Positions 1-10,325 of a DNA stretch of 64,000 nucleotides are shown piece after piece. The stretch's first letter is position 1, and the number at the start of each line of letters is the position of its first letter. Under the pieces are notes generated by a model. The model ran no database searches and had not been told where the DNA came from. It worked only from the letters and a program-made list of their open reading frames with translations. Origin of the DNA: Pseudomonadales bacterium (GTDB lineage: Bacteria > Pseudomonadota > Gammaproteobacteria > Pseudomonadales > Azotimanducaceae); assembly GCA_017642855.1 (NCBI GenBank), contig JAEPOO010000002.1, positions 207,545-271,544 on the forward strand, written 5' to 3'. A program made the position numbers and the translations under genes.

Positions 1-928
1 CAGCCGCCGAAGTCGCCTGCATCCGCTCCAGGGTTACCCGGTCCACGAAGTCCCCGCCACCATTGGCAAACGGCGCAAACATACCTGCAGCGCCACGCGC
101 ATTCGCGAGGCCACCAGCGGCACCATATTCTGCCAGATAACTCTCGGGCTGGTCTGTTTTGTGTTTGCCGTTATTCATGAAAGCAAGAGACTGCAGCGAC
201 TTCCGATCATTGAGCAGTGCCAGGGTGAAAGCGGTGACGGGCTCTGCCTTATTCGGCGTCCAGCGCATCATTCGCGCAACCCGATGATGTTCTGATTCCG
301 GTAATCCCATGTAGAAGTCGAGATCCAGGGGGTCTGCCAACCTGTCTCTGAAGAATTCTCCCAGCGACATACCTGAGGCCCGTCGGACCAGTTCACCCGC
401 CGTCCAGCCATAGGTCGCCATCTGATAGCCGTGTCGGGTGCCCGGGCGCCACCATGGCGCTTCTTTCGCCATGACATCAGCCATGAAATCAAAATCGAGA
501 AACGCGCCCTCCGGCAGTCGATCACGGGCCGCAGAAAGCCCCACGGTGTGGTTAAGCATCATTTCCACGGTAACGTCTTCTTTTCCGTTCTGGCCGAATT
601 CCGGCCAGTACCTCGTCACCTTTTCGTGCAGCCCGAGCCTGCCCTCAGCTACCAGGATGTGAACGCAGATCGAGACCGCTGCCTTGGTCAGTGAATGCAC
701 AATACTGAGAGTGTCATTTTGCCAATCCGCTTCCTGCTTGGGATGTTTGCGGCCTCCCCAGACATCCACCACCGTTTCGCCGTCAACGTTAAAACACAGA
801 GACGCACCCTGCTCCTCTCGCTCCTCAAAATTTCGGACGAATTCGCTGATCACGGGCTCGAACTTTGTATCGTAAGTACCGAGAAGGACACCTTTGCCAT
901 CTGCAAGATCCAGAGAGAGATGACTCAC
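1..928 (-). CDS. serine hydrolase, class C beta-lactamase/esterase family (3' end runs off the left edge)
   Basis: Own translation from GTG at 928 (GGAG about 8 nt upstream; in-frame stop just upstream). It gives VSHLSLDLADGKGVLLGTYDTKFEPV...DTLSIVHSLTKAAVSICVH with an S-x-x-K (SLTK) nucleophile motif. Open to position 1. Absent from the ORF track because it is truncated by the window edge. Confidence 0.75.
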   Translation of the reverse strand, partial: MSHLSLDLADGKGVLLGTYDTKFEPVISEFVRNFEEREEQGASLCFNVDGETVVDVWGGRKHPKQEADWQNDTLSIVHSLTKAAVSICVHILVAEGRLGLHEKVTRYWPEFGQNGKEDVTVEMMLNHTVGLSAARDRLPEGAFLDFDFMADVMAKEAPWWRPGTRHGYQMATYGWTAGELVRRASGMSLGEFFRDRLADPLDLDFYMGLPESEHHRVARMMRWTPNKAEPVTAFTLALLNDRKSLQSLAFMNNGKHKTDQPESYLAEYGAAGGLANARGAAGMFAPFANGGGDFVDRVTLERMQATSAA

Positions 929-1018
929 TGATGAGACTCCTGAGATAAAGCCGGAATCCTATCATGCGACGACGACTGGATCAGAGTAGAATACGCCCCC
1001 GCTCTCGCAGTACATTCC

Positions 1019-2275
1019 ATGATCACCTATTTGCTGAAACGATCAGACCCAACCTTTGCCGGTTGGCGAATGGTGGCAGTCGCCTTCTTCGTGGACTTTA
1101 TCGCCGTGGGATTTTTCTTTTATTCCTACGGCGTTTTCTTCAAAGCGATCGCTGCAGAGTTCGGTGATTCTCGACTGGGCGTTTCAATCGGTATTTCCGT
1201 TACTCAAGGTGTTGGGGCAATTCTCGCGCCTTTTATTGGTCGAGCGCTCGACCGGTATCCCTTAAAGCGTGTCATCGCGACCGGCGCTGTGGCCATGGGC
1301 AGCGGTTTTCTGCTGCTGGGTTTCGTCCAGACGCCCCTTCAGTTCTATCTGGTACTCGGTGTATTCATCGGTTTTGGCGCCGGGGCCATGGGTCAGCTGG
1401 CCACGTCCAAACTGGTCAGCAACTGGTTTGTACTAAAAAGAGGCACAGCACTCGGCATCGCAGCGACCGGAATTTCTGTGTCGGGCGTTGTGATGCCGGC
1501 AACCACCGCCTGGCTGATCGGAGAGTTTGGCTGGCGTAACGGCTTTATTTCTTACGGGATTATCACACTGGTTGTGGTCGTTCCTGTCGTATTGCGATTG
1601 GTGATTTCGAGACCAGAAGACGTTGGTTTGCTTCCCGACGGGGCCACGGAAGCGACCAAACTTCCACCCCCCAAGCCTGCGTTGCGCACCAAAGAGTTCA
1701 TCAGCAATCCAAATTTCTGGTTTCTGGTCGCCATCATTGGACTCCTTTTCTGCATTCAAAGTGCCACCTTGATTCATATGGTGCCGCAACTCACTGACCG
1801 GGGTATCGACCTCGTGTCCGCTTCTTTCATTGCATCAAGCACCGCCTTCTTCGGCATCATGGGCAAACTGATCTATGGCGCTCTCGTCGATCGCTGGGAC
1901 GTGCGTCATGCGCTCTGGTTGGGCATCGCCTTCCAGATCGCCGGTCAGCTATTTATGTTGCTGACCGATGATTATTTCGGGTTCCTGGTTGGTGCATCGC
2001 TTTTCGGTTTTGGCATGGGCGGTATTGTGCCCATGCAGGGGGCAGTGGTGGGTGCGGCGTTTGGCCGAGAAAGCTTCGGACGAGTTTTAGGTGCGATGCG
2101 GCCACCCATGTCAGTGCTTCACCTGATTGGTGTACCTTTCGCTGGTTGGATGTACGACGTAACTGGTAGCTACGATCCTGCATTTCAGGTGTTTCTCGGC
2201 TTGTATGTCGTGACCGCGATCGTTGTCGCGGGGCTGCGCGTAGAAACTCGTTCAAGACACCGCAGACCCACCTAA
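1019..2275 (+). CDS. MFS transporter
   Basis: 418-aa ORF with about 12 hydrophobic segments and an MFS-like N-terminus (WRMVAVAFFVDFIAVGFFFYSYGVFF). Confidence 0.8.
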   Translation: MITYLLKRSDPTFAGWRMVAVAFFVDFIAVGFFFYSYGVFFKAIAAEFGDSRLGVSIGISVTQGVGAILAPFIGRALDRYPLKRVIATGAVAMGSGFLLLGFVQTPLQFYLVLGVFIGFGAGAMGQLATSKLVSNWFVLKRGTALGIAATGISVSGVVMPATTAWLIGEFGWRNGFISYGIITLVVVVPVVLRLVISRPEDVGLLPDGATEATKLPPPKPALRTKEFISNPNFWFLVAIIGLLFCIQSATLIHMVPQLTDRGIDLVSASFIASSTAFFGIMGKLIYGALVDRWDVRHALWLGIAFQIAGQLFMLLTDDYFGFLVGASLFGFGMGGIVPMQGAVVGAAFGRESFGRVLGAMRPPMSVLHLIGVPFAGWMYDVTGSYDPAFQVFLGLYVVTAIVVAGLRVETRSRHRRPT

Positions 2276-3069
2276 TTCATTGTCATGCCACCGGCGACAG
2301 TCAGAGCAATGCCCGACACGTTTCTCGCCGTTGCCAGATAGAGCGCAGCTTGTCCCATATCCTCTGTCGTCTGCGGTCTGCCCAGCGGAATCATGCTGTT
2401 GACGGAATCTTCGAAATTCCGTTCCTTCTCAGATAGCTCCGTTGTGTTTGAAGGTATTAGATGCTCCAGCCACATGGCGGTGCCGACAATACCCGGACAC
2501 AGCGCATTGACCGTAATGTTATGGGGCGCCAATTCCAGCGCCAGTGATTGGGTAATCCCAATGGCAGCAAACTTTGAACCACAGTAAGCCGACATGTTTG
2601 CATTTCCCTGCTTCCCGGCGATCGATGCCGTGTTCACAATCGCTCCCTGTCCAGAGGCTTTTAACGCTTCTAGCGCGGCTTTCGACATCAGGAAAATGCC
2701 TTTTGTATTCACCGCAAAGATGCGATCCCAGTCTTCTTCTTCAAATTCACTAATCGGTCCGGTATCCACAATACCCGCGTTATTTACCAGGACGTCGAGT
2801 CTACCGAAGCGCTCGAGCGTGGCGGCAACGGCACGTTCGCAACTTTCGAGCTTCGTCACATTCAACTCACAGGCATCCACTTCACCGACGGATGATTCCC
2901 GGGCCAGCGCCTTATCGAGGTCGTTTGCATCAGAAAGGTCATAGTTCCAGTCACTGGCACCGGCACCGAGATCGCCGATCATGACCTGGTGACCCGCAGC
3001 AGCGAAGGCGTGTACGATGCCAAGACCGATACCTCGAGCCCCGCCGGTTACGAGCACGACTTTACTCAT
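2272..3069 (-). CDS. SDR family oxidoreductase
   Basis: VVLVTGGARGIGLGI Rossmann motif, NNAG, and a YCGSK catalytic Y-x-x-x-K. ATG at 3069 preferred over the TTG at 3075. Overlaps the stop of the upstream gene. Confidence 0.85.
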   Translation of the reverse strand: MSKVVLVTGGARGIGLGIVHAFAAAGHQVMIGDLGAGASDWNYDLSDANDLDKALARESSVGEVDACELNVTKLESCERAVAATLERFGRLDVLVNNAGIVDTGPISEFEEEDWDRIFAVNTKGIFLMSKAALEALKASGQGAIVNTASIAGKQGNANMSAYCGSKFAAIGITQSLALELAPHNITVNALCPGIVGTAMWLEHLIPSNTTELSEKERNFEDSVNSMIPLGRPQTTEDMGQAALYLATARNVSGIALTVAGGMTMN

Positions 3070-4195
3070 CAACAAACCCTTTCAATCTGTCGTTGGCCGC
3101 CAGAAAGTCTTCCATAAAGTCATAAACCACCTGCTTTGCCGACAGCGATTGGGTCATCATGCCCACCCCCTGGCCCACCCAGTAGGTGGCCAGTTGTTTC
3201 GCACCCTGGTGACCGCCTTCAGCCAGCTTGGTCACTTTGCCGAGTGCAGGTTCAGAAACGAGGGACTGAAGCGGCATCGGCAACGGATCTGGCGCATCTT
3301 CCAGCTCCCACGCGTCAGTCCAGGGTGAGCGAACCTGTCGGGAGTATTTACCGGTGCGACTGCGTGTCCGAATCGTCTGATTGGACCCGGCGGAGAGTAG
3401 CTTTTCCTTAATCGCTGGCGAGGTTTCCGCCTCCTGTGTCGTAAGCCAGACTGAACCTGTCCAAACACCATCCGCGCCCATGGCCATCGACGCAGCCATC
3501 TGTCTTCCGGTTACGATGCCGCCTGCAGCTAGGATGGAAACGTCTGGATACTTGGCAACGGCTTCAGCGACTTCCGGCACCAGCACCATGGTGGAGACTT
3601 CACCGCAATGTCCGCCCGCTTCTGTGCCTGAAACAATCAACATATCGACCCCGGCTTCCGCCTGTTTAATGGCATGGTGCTTTGAGCCCACCAGTGCGCC
3701 GGTTGGGATACCTCGTTCTTTCGCCAGCGCCAGCATATAGGCAGGCGGCACGCCAAGCGCGTTCACAATCATTGCAATAGGATGGCCAAAGGCAATATCG
3801 AGGATGTTGGCTGCGCTTTTTTCGCCCAGGAATCCGCCGGCACCTCTGGAGCCTGCATCGTAGACATCCGCCGTATCGATATTGTGCTGCGCCAGAATAC
3901 CAGCTGCGTAGTCACGGTGTTGATCCGGGACCATCGCTTGAATGTCTTCTGATGACGCTGATTCATCCTTATTGGCCATCGTCGTCGGGACAATCAGGTC
4001 GAGACCATAAGGCTTGCCGTCAATATGTTCATCGATCCAGTTGAGTTCGATCTCAAGCTGTTTCGGCCCGTATCCCGCGGCCCCAAGCACACCCATACCA
4101 CCCGCTTTGGAGACTTCCACCACAACATCTCGGCAGTGGGTAAACGCAATTAAAGGAAACTCAATACCGAGCGTTTCGCAGATCTGTGATTTCAT
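3062..4195 (-). CDS. nitronate monooxygenase (2-nitropropane dioxygenase/NMO family)
   Basis: 377-aa ORF. N-terminus ETLGIEFPLIAF...AGGMGVLGA and GTEAGGH are typical of FMN-dependent NMO TIM-barrel enzymes. Confidence 0.8.
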   Translation of the reverse strand: MKSQICETLGIEFPLIAFTHCRDVVVEVSKAGGMGVLGAAGYGPKQLEIELNWIDEHIDGKPYGLDLIVPTTMANKDESASSEDIQAMVPDQHRDYAAGILAQHNIDTADVYDAGSRGAGGFLGEKSAANILDIAFGHPIAMIVNALGVPPAYMLALAKERGIPTGALVGSKHHAIKQAEAGVDMLIVSGTEAGGHCGEVSTMVLVPEVAEAVAKYPDVSILAAGGIVTGRQMAASMAMGADGVWTGSVWLTTQEAETSPAIKEKLLSAGSNQTIRTRSRTGKYSRQVRSPWTDAWELEDAPDPLPMPLQSLVSEPALGKVTKLAEGGHQGAKQLATYWVGQGVGMMTQSLSAKQVVYDFMEDFLAANDRLKGFVDE

Positions 4196-4274
4196 GATTC
4201 CCTCTGAATAGCTTTTTTAGTAGATGAGATCGATGATCTCACAGAATGTGACTTCGCGTTAAAACCCATCCCAA

Positions 4275-5237
4275 TCACGAGCCAGCAGCAAGTGCCTGCC
4301 GGAAGAGGGCTTCATTGATGTTGCCACCGCTCAGGACGACACCGATGCTTTTACCCGAACGATCATCGGCCTTGAGCAGTGCTGCCAGCGCCGCGGCGCC
4401 TGCACCTTCTGCCACATTGTGTGTATCGGTGAAATAGTGGCGAATCGCCGCCAGCACCTCGTCATCTGTCACGGTAACGACACCGGCGACTTCACGGCGA
4501 ATAACCTGCAGCGCGTCAGGTGAAGGATTACGCACGGCCAGACCATCCGCCAGGGTATCTGCTGAGTTCGTTGGAATCGGCGCTCCTGCTTCAAACGACA
4601 AGGCGTAGGTATTCGCTTGTGAGGAAACCACACCCACAATCTCAGTGGTTAACCCCAGCGCTCGTCGAGCCGCGATCACTCCGCAGATGCCCGAACCGAG
4701 ACCAATCGGCACATAGATTCTGTCGAGCGTCGGCACGCCACTAAGGAATTCCAGAGCATAGCTGGCGACACCGGGTATCAGATCAACATCAAGAGAAGGC
4801 ACAAAGTGAAGATCGCGCGCTTCAGCCAGAGCTCGGGCGTGTTCAAGCGCGATATCAAAGTCTTTGCCATGAACAATCAGTTCTGCGCCAAAGGCCTGCA
4901 TGGCAGCATTTTTATCCGGACTGTTACCTTCGGGGACCACAACAACGGAAGACAAACCACGAGCCGATGCAGCAAAGGCGACGCTTTGCCCGTGATTACC
5001 GCGAGTTGCCGCACAAATGCCCCGAGTCGCGGGCTGTTCAGCAAGCAGACGATTCACATAAACAAGGCCACCGCGAACTTTGAACGCGCCGGTAGGATTA
5101 TGGTTCTCATGTTTCACCCAGACCTCACAATTCGCTCGATCATTCAGTAGCGGCCAGGAAAGCTGGGGACTTGCCTGCATGGATTGATAAACCAGATCTG
5201 AGGCGTCCTCAATTTGTTCAAGGTTGGGAAGCATCAT
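4275..5237 (-). CDS. PLP-dependent threonine/serine dehydratase
   Basis: Contains NPTGAFKVRGG (PLP lysine motif) and RGNHGQSVA. Start moved to ATG 5237 (MMLPNLEQIEDA); the ORF-track start is a TTG. Confidence 0.8.
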   Translation of the reverse strand: MMLPNLEQIEDASDLVYQSMQASPQLSWPLLNDRANCEVWVKHENHNPTGAFKVRGGLVYVNRLLAEQPATRGICAATRGNHGQSVAFAASARGLSSVVVVPEGNSPDKNAAMQAFGAELIVHGKDFDIALEHARALAEARDLHFVPSLDVDLIPGVASYALEFLSGVPTLDRIYVPIGLGSGICGVIAARRALGLTTEIVGVVSSQANTYALSFEAGAPIPTNSADTLADGLAVRNPSPDALQVIRREVAGVVTVTDDEVLAAIRHYFTDTHNVAEGAGAAALAALLKADDRSGKSIGVVLSGGNINEALFRQALAAGS

Positions 5238-5314
5238 TGGTACAAACTTATCCCTTTCGATCGACAATTTATGTTCTCATTAGCCGACACACTAACTCAA
5301 ACCATTCGCTGCAC

Positions 5315-6166
5315 ATGAAAAACCTCCTTTTGGCCCTTTTGTTGATCTCAGGTTGGTCCTCCGCGAACGAACGTTTGCAAACGGCACTGGACGCTTCTCA
5401 GGCAAGAGACTTCCCAACCGCCATTGTTCAACTGCAGGACATGCTGGCTCAGGAAGCGGATCGGGACGTGTTGTTCCATCTTGCGCGGGTGCAACACCAA
5501 GCGGGTGCGTTCTCAGATGCTGCTGACACACTGGATACGCTTCATGAGGCCTATCCAGGCGATGCTGATGCCTGGTACCTGCAAGCGCTCGTGAATCTGT
5601 CACTGGTGCAGGAAGTCAGCCTCTTCAAGAAAGTGGGTATGGCGAAACAAACGCTCGCTGCGTTTGAAGAGGCGGTGAAGCTTGACCCCAATCATATCAA
5701 CGCGCGATATGGGATTTTTGCGTTCTACGCGAACGCGCCGAGTATCGCCGGAGGTGATCTGGAAAAAGCCAGAGCCCTGCAGCCTGATCTACATCGTCGA
5801 GACGCTGGTTTTGGCGCCATGGCCGACGCACTGCTACTCAGCAAAGCAGATGATCTTGAAGCGGCAGAGGCCGCTTATCTTGACGCGATCCGGTTGCTGG
5901 ATCGCGCAGGGCCGCACTTTGCGCTGGCACAGTTTTATCTGCAGACCGAACAATGGGACAAGGTCCTGCCAGAGATCGAATCCTTTCATGAAAAAGAGAA
6001 ACGCTGGTGGGATCCGGACATCACTGTCGCCCACCTGATTGCCGCAAGAGCCAATGCTCAGCTTGGGCGAGAGGCGCAGGCAAGAGAGCTTGCCACGCTC
6101 GCGCTCGACATGAGTCCCACCGATCAGATCAGGGACCTGCTGGAAGAAACGCTCAACGAACTCTAG
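5315..6166 (+). CDS. secreted TPR-repeat protein
   Basis: Internal ATG at 5315 gives a signal-peptide-like start (MKNLLLALLLISGWSSA). The body is helical and repeat-like (TPR-like). The longer ORF-track start would overlap the divergent dehydratase gene. Confidence 0.6.
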   Translation: MKNLLLALLLISGWSSANERLQTALDASQARDFPTAIVQLQDMLAQEADRDVLFHLARVQHQAGAFSDAADTLDTLHEAYPGDADAWYLQALVNLSLVQEVSLFKKVGMAKQTLAAFEEAVKLDPNHINARYGIFAFYANAPSIAGGDLEKARALQPDLHRRDAGFGAMADALLLSKADDLEAAEAAYLDAIRLLDRAGPHFALAQFYLQTEQWDKVLPEIESFHEKEKRWWDPDITVAHLIAARANAQLGREAQARELATLALDMSPTDQIRDLLEETLNEL

Positions 6167-7569
6167 ACATCCGGACGCGTGGCCTGCTCTTCTTTCACAT
6201 AAAGCATCATCACGAAGCCAACCACCAGCAGGATAATCAGAGAAGCAAACCCTGCCCTCTGACTCTCAAACCAATCAGTAAAGATCCCCACCAAAAGCGG
6301 CGCCAGGAATGCGGTGGCCGTCCCGGAAAGCGCATATAGGCCGAAGAACTGTGTCATCAACTGTGGTGGTGAGATTCGCGCCATCATCGCGCGCGCACTC
6401 GCGAATCCGACGGTGATGAACATGCCGAACAACTGGGTGTTCAGGAAATAGAGTACCTCAGGCAGCGTCTGAAAGTAGGGAAAAGACCAGACGGCAACAC
6501 CGGGTTCAATGTCGATTACAAAAAATATGCTCTCCGGTTGCAAGGAGATACCCACGACAAGCAGCGCAGCCGTGCCTCCGACGGCAATCAATACGGCCGT
6601 GCGAGAACCAAACCGATCGTCAACGACTCCCCCTATGACGGCACCTACGGCCGCTGAGAGCGATGTGACAATGCCAAAGATCAACAGCGAGATGGTGTCC
6701 CAGCCGAACGTGCCCGCGGCATACACACCCCCGAAGATCAGGATCCCGACGAGCCCATCGTTGAAGACCATTCTGGCCACCAGGTACAACGCCACGTTTG
6801 AGTAATGGCGAACGGCGCGAATCGTCGACCAGACTTCTCTTAGCCCCTGCTGGATGGCGTCTCGAACACCAGCGCTTTCTTCCTGACCATCAGGAGTAAA
6901 CAGGAACAGGGGGAGCGCAAACACCAGCAGCCATAGCGCGGTGAGTGGCCCAACGATGCGGTTATGTTCTTCAGAACCCTGGTCCAAACCAAACAAAGGC
7001 GCATCAGGAATGAAGTTCCAACCGACCTCACCGGGCAGAGCAAACGCGTACAACACGAACACCATGAGCAATAGACCACCCACATTACCGAGTGCAAGCG
7101 CGAGGCCTGAAATGGATCCGATCTTCGATACCGGTGAGATCGAGGGCAACATGGCGTTGTGAAACACCGCAGAGAATTCGAACATCACCGCGATAAGAAC
7201 GATGAGTGCCAGGGTGGGATAGATCCCTATGCCGCCACCGTCCTTTTCTGCGAACCACAACATGAAGATCGCAGGGACCATGACGATCACAAAAACCAGG
7301 ATCCAGGGTTTACGACGTCCGTTCTTGTCTGCAATGGCGCCCAGGATAGGAGCGAGCGTCGCGATCATGAATCCGGAAATCGCATTCGTGTAGCCAAGTA
7401 ATCCCTGACCTTTGACCGGGTCACCGACGACTGTTGCGGAAAAGTAGGGCGCGAATATATAGATCGTAACCAAGATGACGTAGGGATTACGCGCCCATTC
7501 AAACACCGCCCAGCTTCGGTATCCGAGCGGTGTTGCAGGAACGCCACCGGCAACGGAAGGCTCGGGCAC
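6163..7569 (-). CDS. MFS transporter, UMF1/Atg22-like family
   Basis: 468-aa polytopic ORF. N-terminal WAVFEWARNPYVILVTIYIFAPYF resembles the UMF1 family. The GTG start overlaps the upstream stop by 1 nt (TAGTG). Confidence 0.75.
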   Translation of the reverse strand: MPEPSVAGGVPATPLGYRSWAVFEWARNPYVILVTIYIFAPYFSATVVGDPVKGQGLLGYTNAISGFMIATLAPILGAIADKNGRRKPWILVFVIVMVPAIFMLWFAEKDGGGIGIYPTLALIVLIAVMFEFSAVFHNAMLPSISPVSKIGSISGLALALGNVGGLLLMVFVLYAFALPGEVGWNFIPDAPLFGLDQGSEEHNRIVGPLTALWLLVFALPLFLFTPDGQEESAGVRDAIQQGLREVWSTIRAVRHYSNVALYLVARMVFNDGLVGILIFGGVYAAGTFGWDTISLLIFGIVTSLSAAVGAVIGGVVDDRFGSRTAVLIAVGGTAALLVVGISLQPESIFFVIDIEPGVAVWSFPYFQTLPEVLYFLNTQLFGMFITVGFASARAMMARISPPQLMTQFFGLYALSGTATAFLAPLLVGIFTDWFESQRAGFASLIILLVVGFVMMLYVKEEQATRPDV

Positions 7570-8549
7570 TAGTTGATCAGCTCGTTAAGGTCACCGCCTT
7601 CCTGCACCGCCTGCGCAAAGTCGATTTCATAGGCTGATTCCGGGTCGTTTCGGACACGCGCATCAAGACGAACCGCATCTTCACCCACCAGGATTCGCCA
7701 CTTACCGGCCTTAACGGCATCAAGAATAATTTTCGAGGCTTGACCCGCGGTTGTTGGCGCATTGTCTCTAAAATCTACGCCGCGCTGATGCATCACCTGG
7801 CGGATCTGATCGTCTGACAGATTCATGACCGCTTCAGCTAACTCACCGCCGGTTCTCATCATGCGTTCGCGCATGGCTTTGATGTCGTCCTCGTTCAACT
7901 CGGAGGCATCTTTTCCACTCAGCACTTTTCCAGAGTTGATTGCGATCGATGTTCCGATGTGACCAGGCATGACAACGGAAACACTGACGTGTGGCGCATG
8001 CAAACGCAGGTCAGTAATCAACGCTTCGCTGAATCCTTTTACGGCAAACTTCGCGGCAGCATAAGCCGTATGAGGCGTATTCGGACCCAGGGAGGCCCAG
8101 AAGCCGTTGACGCTACTGGTGTTAATAATGTGCGCCTCATCCGCATTAACCAACATATTCATGAAGGCGCGACAACTATAGTAGACACCATACCAGCAGA
8201 CATTGAAGGTTTTTTCCCATTGGGGCCGCGTGTCTTCATCGACCATAGAGAAAGAACCACCGATGCCAGCATTGTTAAAGAGCAGGTTCAGCTTGTCTCC
8301 GTGTTCAGTCGCCACCTCATCTCTGAACCGGAGCACGTCGACTTCAGAAGATACATCACATTGGTGCAAGGTGACCTTGATGTCTGGTGCAGCCCCAGCG
8401 CATAACTTTTTCGTTTCCTCGAGGTTTTCCATGATGACGTCGCAGGCAGCCACCGCGCAGCCCTCTTGTACCAGCTGAAGACACAGTTCCCTGCCCATGC
8501 CGGTACCACCGCCAGTGACGACGGCGATCTTTCCACTAAAGTTGTCCAT
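7569..8549 (-). CDS. SDR family oxidoreductase
   Basis: GKIAVVTGGGTGMGRE Rossmann motif, NNAG, and YAAAK catalytic motif. 326 aa. Confidence 0.85.
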   Translation of the reverse strand: MDNFSGKIAVVTGGGTGMGRELCLQLVQEGCAVAACDVIMENLEETKKLCAGAAPDIKVTLHQCDVSSEVDVLRFRDEVATEHGDKLNLLFNNAGIGGSFSMVDEDTRPQWEKTFNVCWYGVYYSCRAFMNMLVNADEAHIINTSSVNGFWASLGPNTPHTAYAAAKFAVKGFSEALITDLRLHAPHVSVSVVMPGHIGTSIAINSGKVLSGKDASELNEDDIKAMRERMMRTGGELAEAVMNLSDDQIRQVMHQRGVDFRDNAPTTAGQASKIILDAVKAGKWRILVGEDAVRLDARVRNDPESAYEIDFAQAVQEGGDLNELIN

Positions 8550-8994
8550 TCTGATTTCCCTCTAACTCTTCTGAAACTGAACCTGCTGCTGACAGTGAGC
8601 CAAATGAGTCTCTTGATCTCAATAACATCACTCCAAGAATTACAAAGGGAACAGCGACAGCAATACCCGTGAATCCTGCATCACGGTATAGCCAGGGAAA
8701 CACGGCCATCGCAATCGCCACCTGAAACACATACACGGCCGCCCAGGGATGCATCCATGACTTCATCTTCAAGAATCCATAGAAGCCGCCACCGTAAATT
8801 GCCCAGTGAATCGGTTCCGTTGCTTTGGCAGCCCAGCCTGTGAGTACGTAGCCAAACCAAATCTCTTCATCTTCCGCGACAGGTTTGATGAACAGGTCAA
8901 AAGGCATATAGATGAAGGTCATATAGGCACAGAACACCAACAACGCATTCATCCATATTGGTCGACCTTCAAACAGACTTTTGATTGGTTCCAT
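8536..8994 (-). CDS. small integral membrane protein, unknown function
   Basis: ATG at 8994 lies 7 nt after the upstream stop. 152 aa with about 4 hydrophobic helices. Overlaps the downstream SDR start by 14 nt. Confidence 0.55.
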   Translation of the reverse strand: MEPIKSLFEGRPIWMNALLVFCAYMTFIYMPFDLFIKPVAEDEEIWFGYVLTGWAAKATEPIHWAIYGGGFYGFLKMKSWMHPWAAVYVFQVAIAMAVFPWLYRDAGFTGIAVAVPFVILGVMLLRSRDSFGSLSAAGSVSEELEGNQNGQL

Positions 8995-9001
8995 CACCAC
9001 C

Positions 9002-10237
9002 CTACCTAAAGTAGTCATCCCAACGTTGATCGAGCAATTCACAGGCTTTATCCAGCGGCACCACCCGAATCTGACCGCCAGCTTCCTGCAGTAAACCAAA
9101 CTTTCTCAACTTGGCCACTGCATCATCGACCTCAAAATCCAATTCCGCCTCCCACCGGCTTGCAAACCACTGTTCAATCAGGCGGTCCAGCACCGCTTCA
9201 CTCTCAATCATGGACGCCTGGGTCAGCAGAAAGTAGTAGGCGAGCATCGCTTCTTTGCACTCTTCTTCCTCTGCATCATCGATCAATCGATGAAACACAC
9301 CCGCGTTATTATCCAGATTTTTAAAGTACAAATTCTGAGTCAACGATTGCATAAACAGCAACTTTCGGTTTTTGAAGTTACTAAACTGCTTCCAGATATA
9401 ACTGCCCAGACCCGCCAGTCCGGCCAGTATGGCGATCAGCCTCGCCTCATCCAGCTCAACCACCTCTGAGTGAAGTCCCAGCCAGAATCCAATCAGAGAA
9501 CCCAGCAGCAAAAGCGATGCACCGGCCTTGGTGGTCGCAATCGCCACCGCACCCACCAATGCCGGAACACCAATCATAAGCTTATCGATCAGGCGCATCC
9601 CCACCTGAGTCTCGGGAAACAACATTTCGACATCCGCCCTGGGGACATTCTGAAACAGCTTCAGCATGGTCGATCCAGGCTTTCTTTTCGCAGCATCCGA
9701 CATCACGTCATCTCGATAACGGATATAGATCACGACCCGATCAAAGTTGGAGAAGGTGACCTTCTTCTTGATCAGCCCAAACAGCGTTGCAACCTGTTCG
9801 GTATGGGTGCGCTCTCCTCTGGTAAACAGCAGGACTTCTTCAAAGGCGTCAAAATCGATGTGTAGCTTGATCTGAAAGAGTGAAGATTCCTCAAAAGCAG
9901 CTTCCAGCTCTGCCTGAGTCAAGCGCTCATAGTTGGCTTTATCCAAAAGGCCATGCAATGTTTCGGTAAAAGACTTAGCGGGCTGATCCGTGAATACATC
10001 CACTTTGCGAGTGTCTCGGTCCGGATTGAGCGGCGCGTAAAGATCTTTCAGTGTTTCCAGCGTGTCGTGATACTCAAAATGAAAAACACTTCGCAGTAGA
10101 TGACAAAACTCGCGAAATGTCTTCTGGTCCGCTCGACCGAGCGCACCATCGGCAATACACATCTCGATGATGTCTTTCTTGCGGAAAGGGATGAACCGTA
10201 ACCGTGGTCGGGAGGGAGTGATTGAACGTTGTTGCAT
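9002..10237 (-). CDS. membrane protein of unknown function (possibly DUF3754/TMEM143-like)
   Basis: Long ORF with a soluble N-terminal part and C-proximal TM helices (LMIGVPALVGAVAIATTKAGASLLLLGSLIGFWLGL). Start set to ATG 10237, because the ORF-track start at 10285 lies inside the rpoD terminator hairpin. Family assignment is from memory only. Confidence 0.55.
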   Translation of the reverse strand: MQQRSITPSRPRLRFIPFRKKDIIEMCIADGALGRADQKTFREFCHLLRSVFHFEYHDTLETLKDLYAPLNPDRDTRKVDVFTDQPAKSFTETLHGLLDKANYERLTQAELEAAFEESSLFQIKLHIDFDAFEEVLLFTRGERTHTEQVATLFGLIKKKVTFSNFDRVVIYIRYRDDVMSDAAKRKPGSTMLKLFQNVPRADVEMLFPETQVGMRLIDKLMIGVPALVGAVAIATTKAGASLLLLGSLIGFWLGLHSEVVELDEARLIAILAGLAGLGSYIWKQFSNFKNRKLLFMQSLTQNLYFKNLDNNAGVFHRLIDDAEEEECKEAMLAYYFLLTQASMIESEAVLDRLIEQWFASRWEAELDFEVDDAVAKLRKFGLLQEAGGQIRVVPLDKACELLDQRWDDYFR

Positions 10238-10270
10238 GCGTCCCGACAGTAGCACACTTATCATGCGGCC

Positions 10271-10298
10271 AAAAAAAAGGGCCATGCGGCCCTTTTTT
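10271..10298 (-). terminator. rho-independent terminator after rpoD (bidirectional shape)
   Basis: GGGCC-ATGC-GGCCC hairpin flanked by A8 on one side and T6 on the other. On the minus strand the hairpin is followed by T8, 28 nt past the rpoD stop. Confidence 0.7.
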
Positions 10299-10325
10299 CA
10301 ATTTGGCTGAAAGCCTTCTTGGAGT

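Noticed and set aside
5171-5314. Longer 331-aa version of the TPR protein.
   Set aside because: The extension overlaps the divergent dehydratase gene and precedes an obvious signal peptide that starts at ATG 5315.
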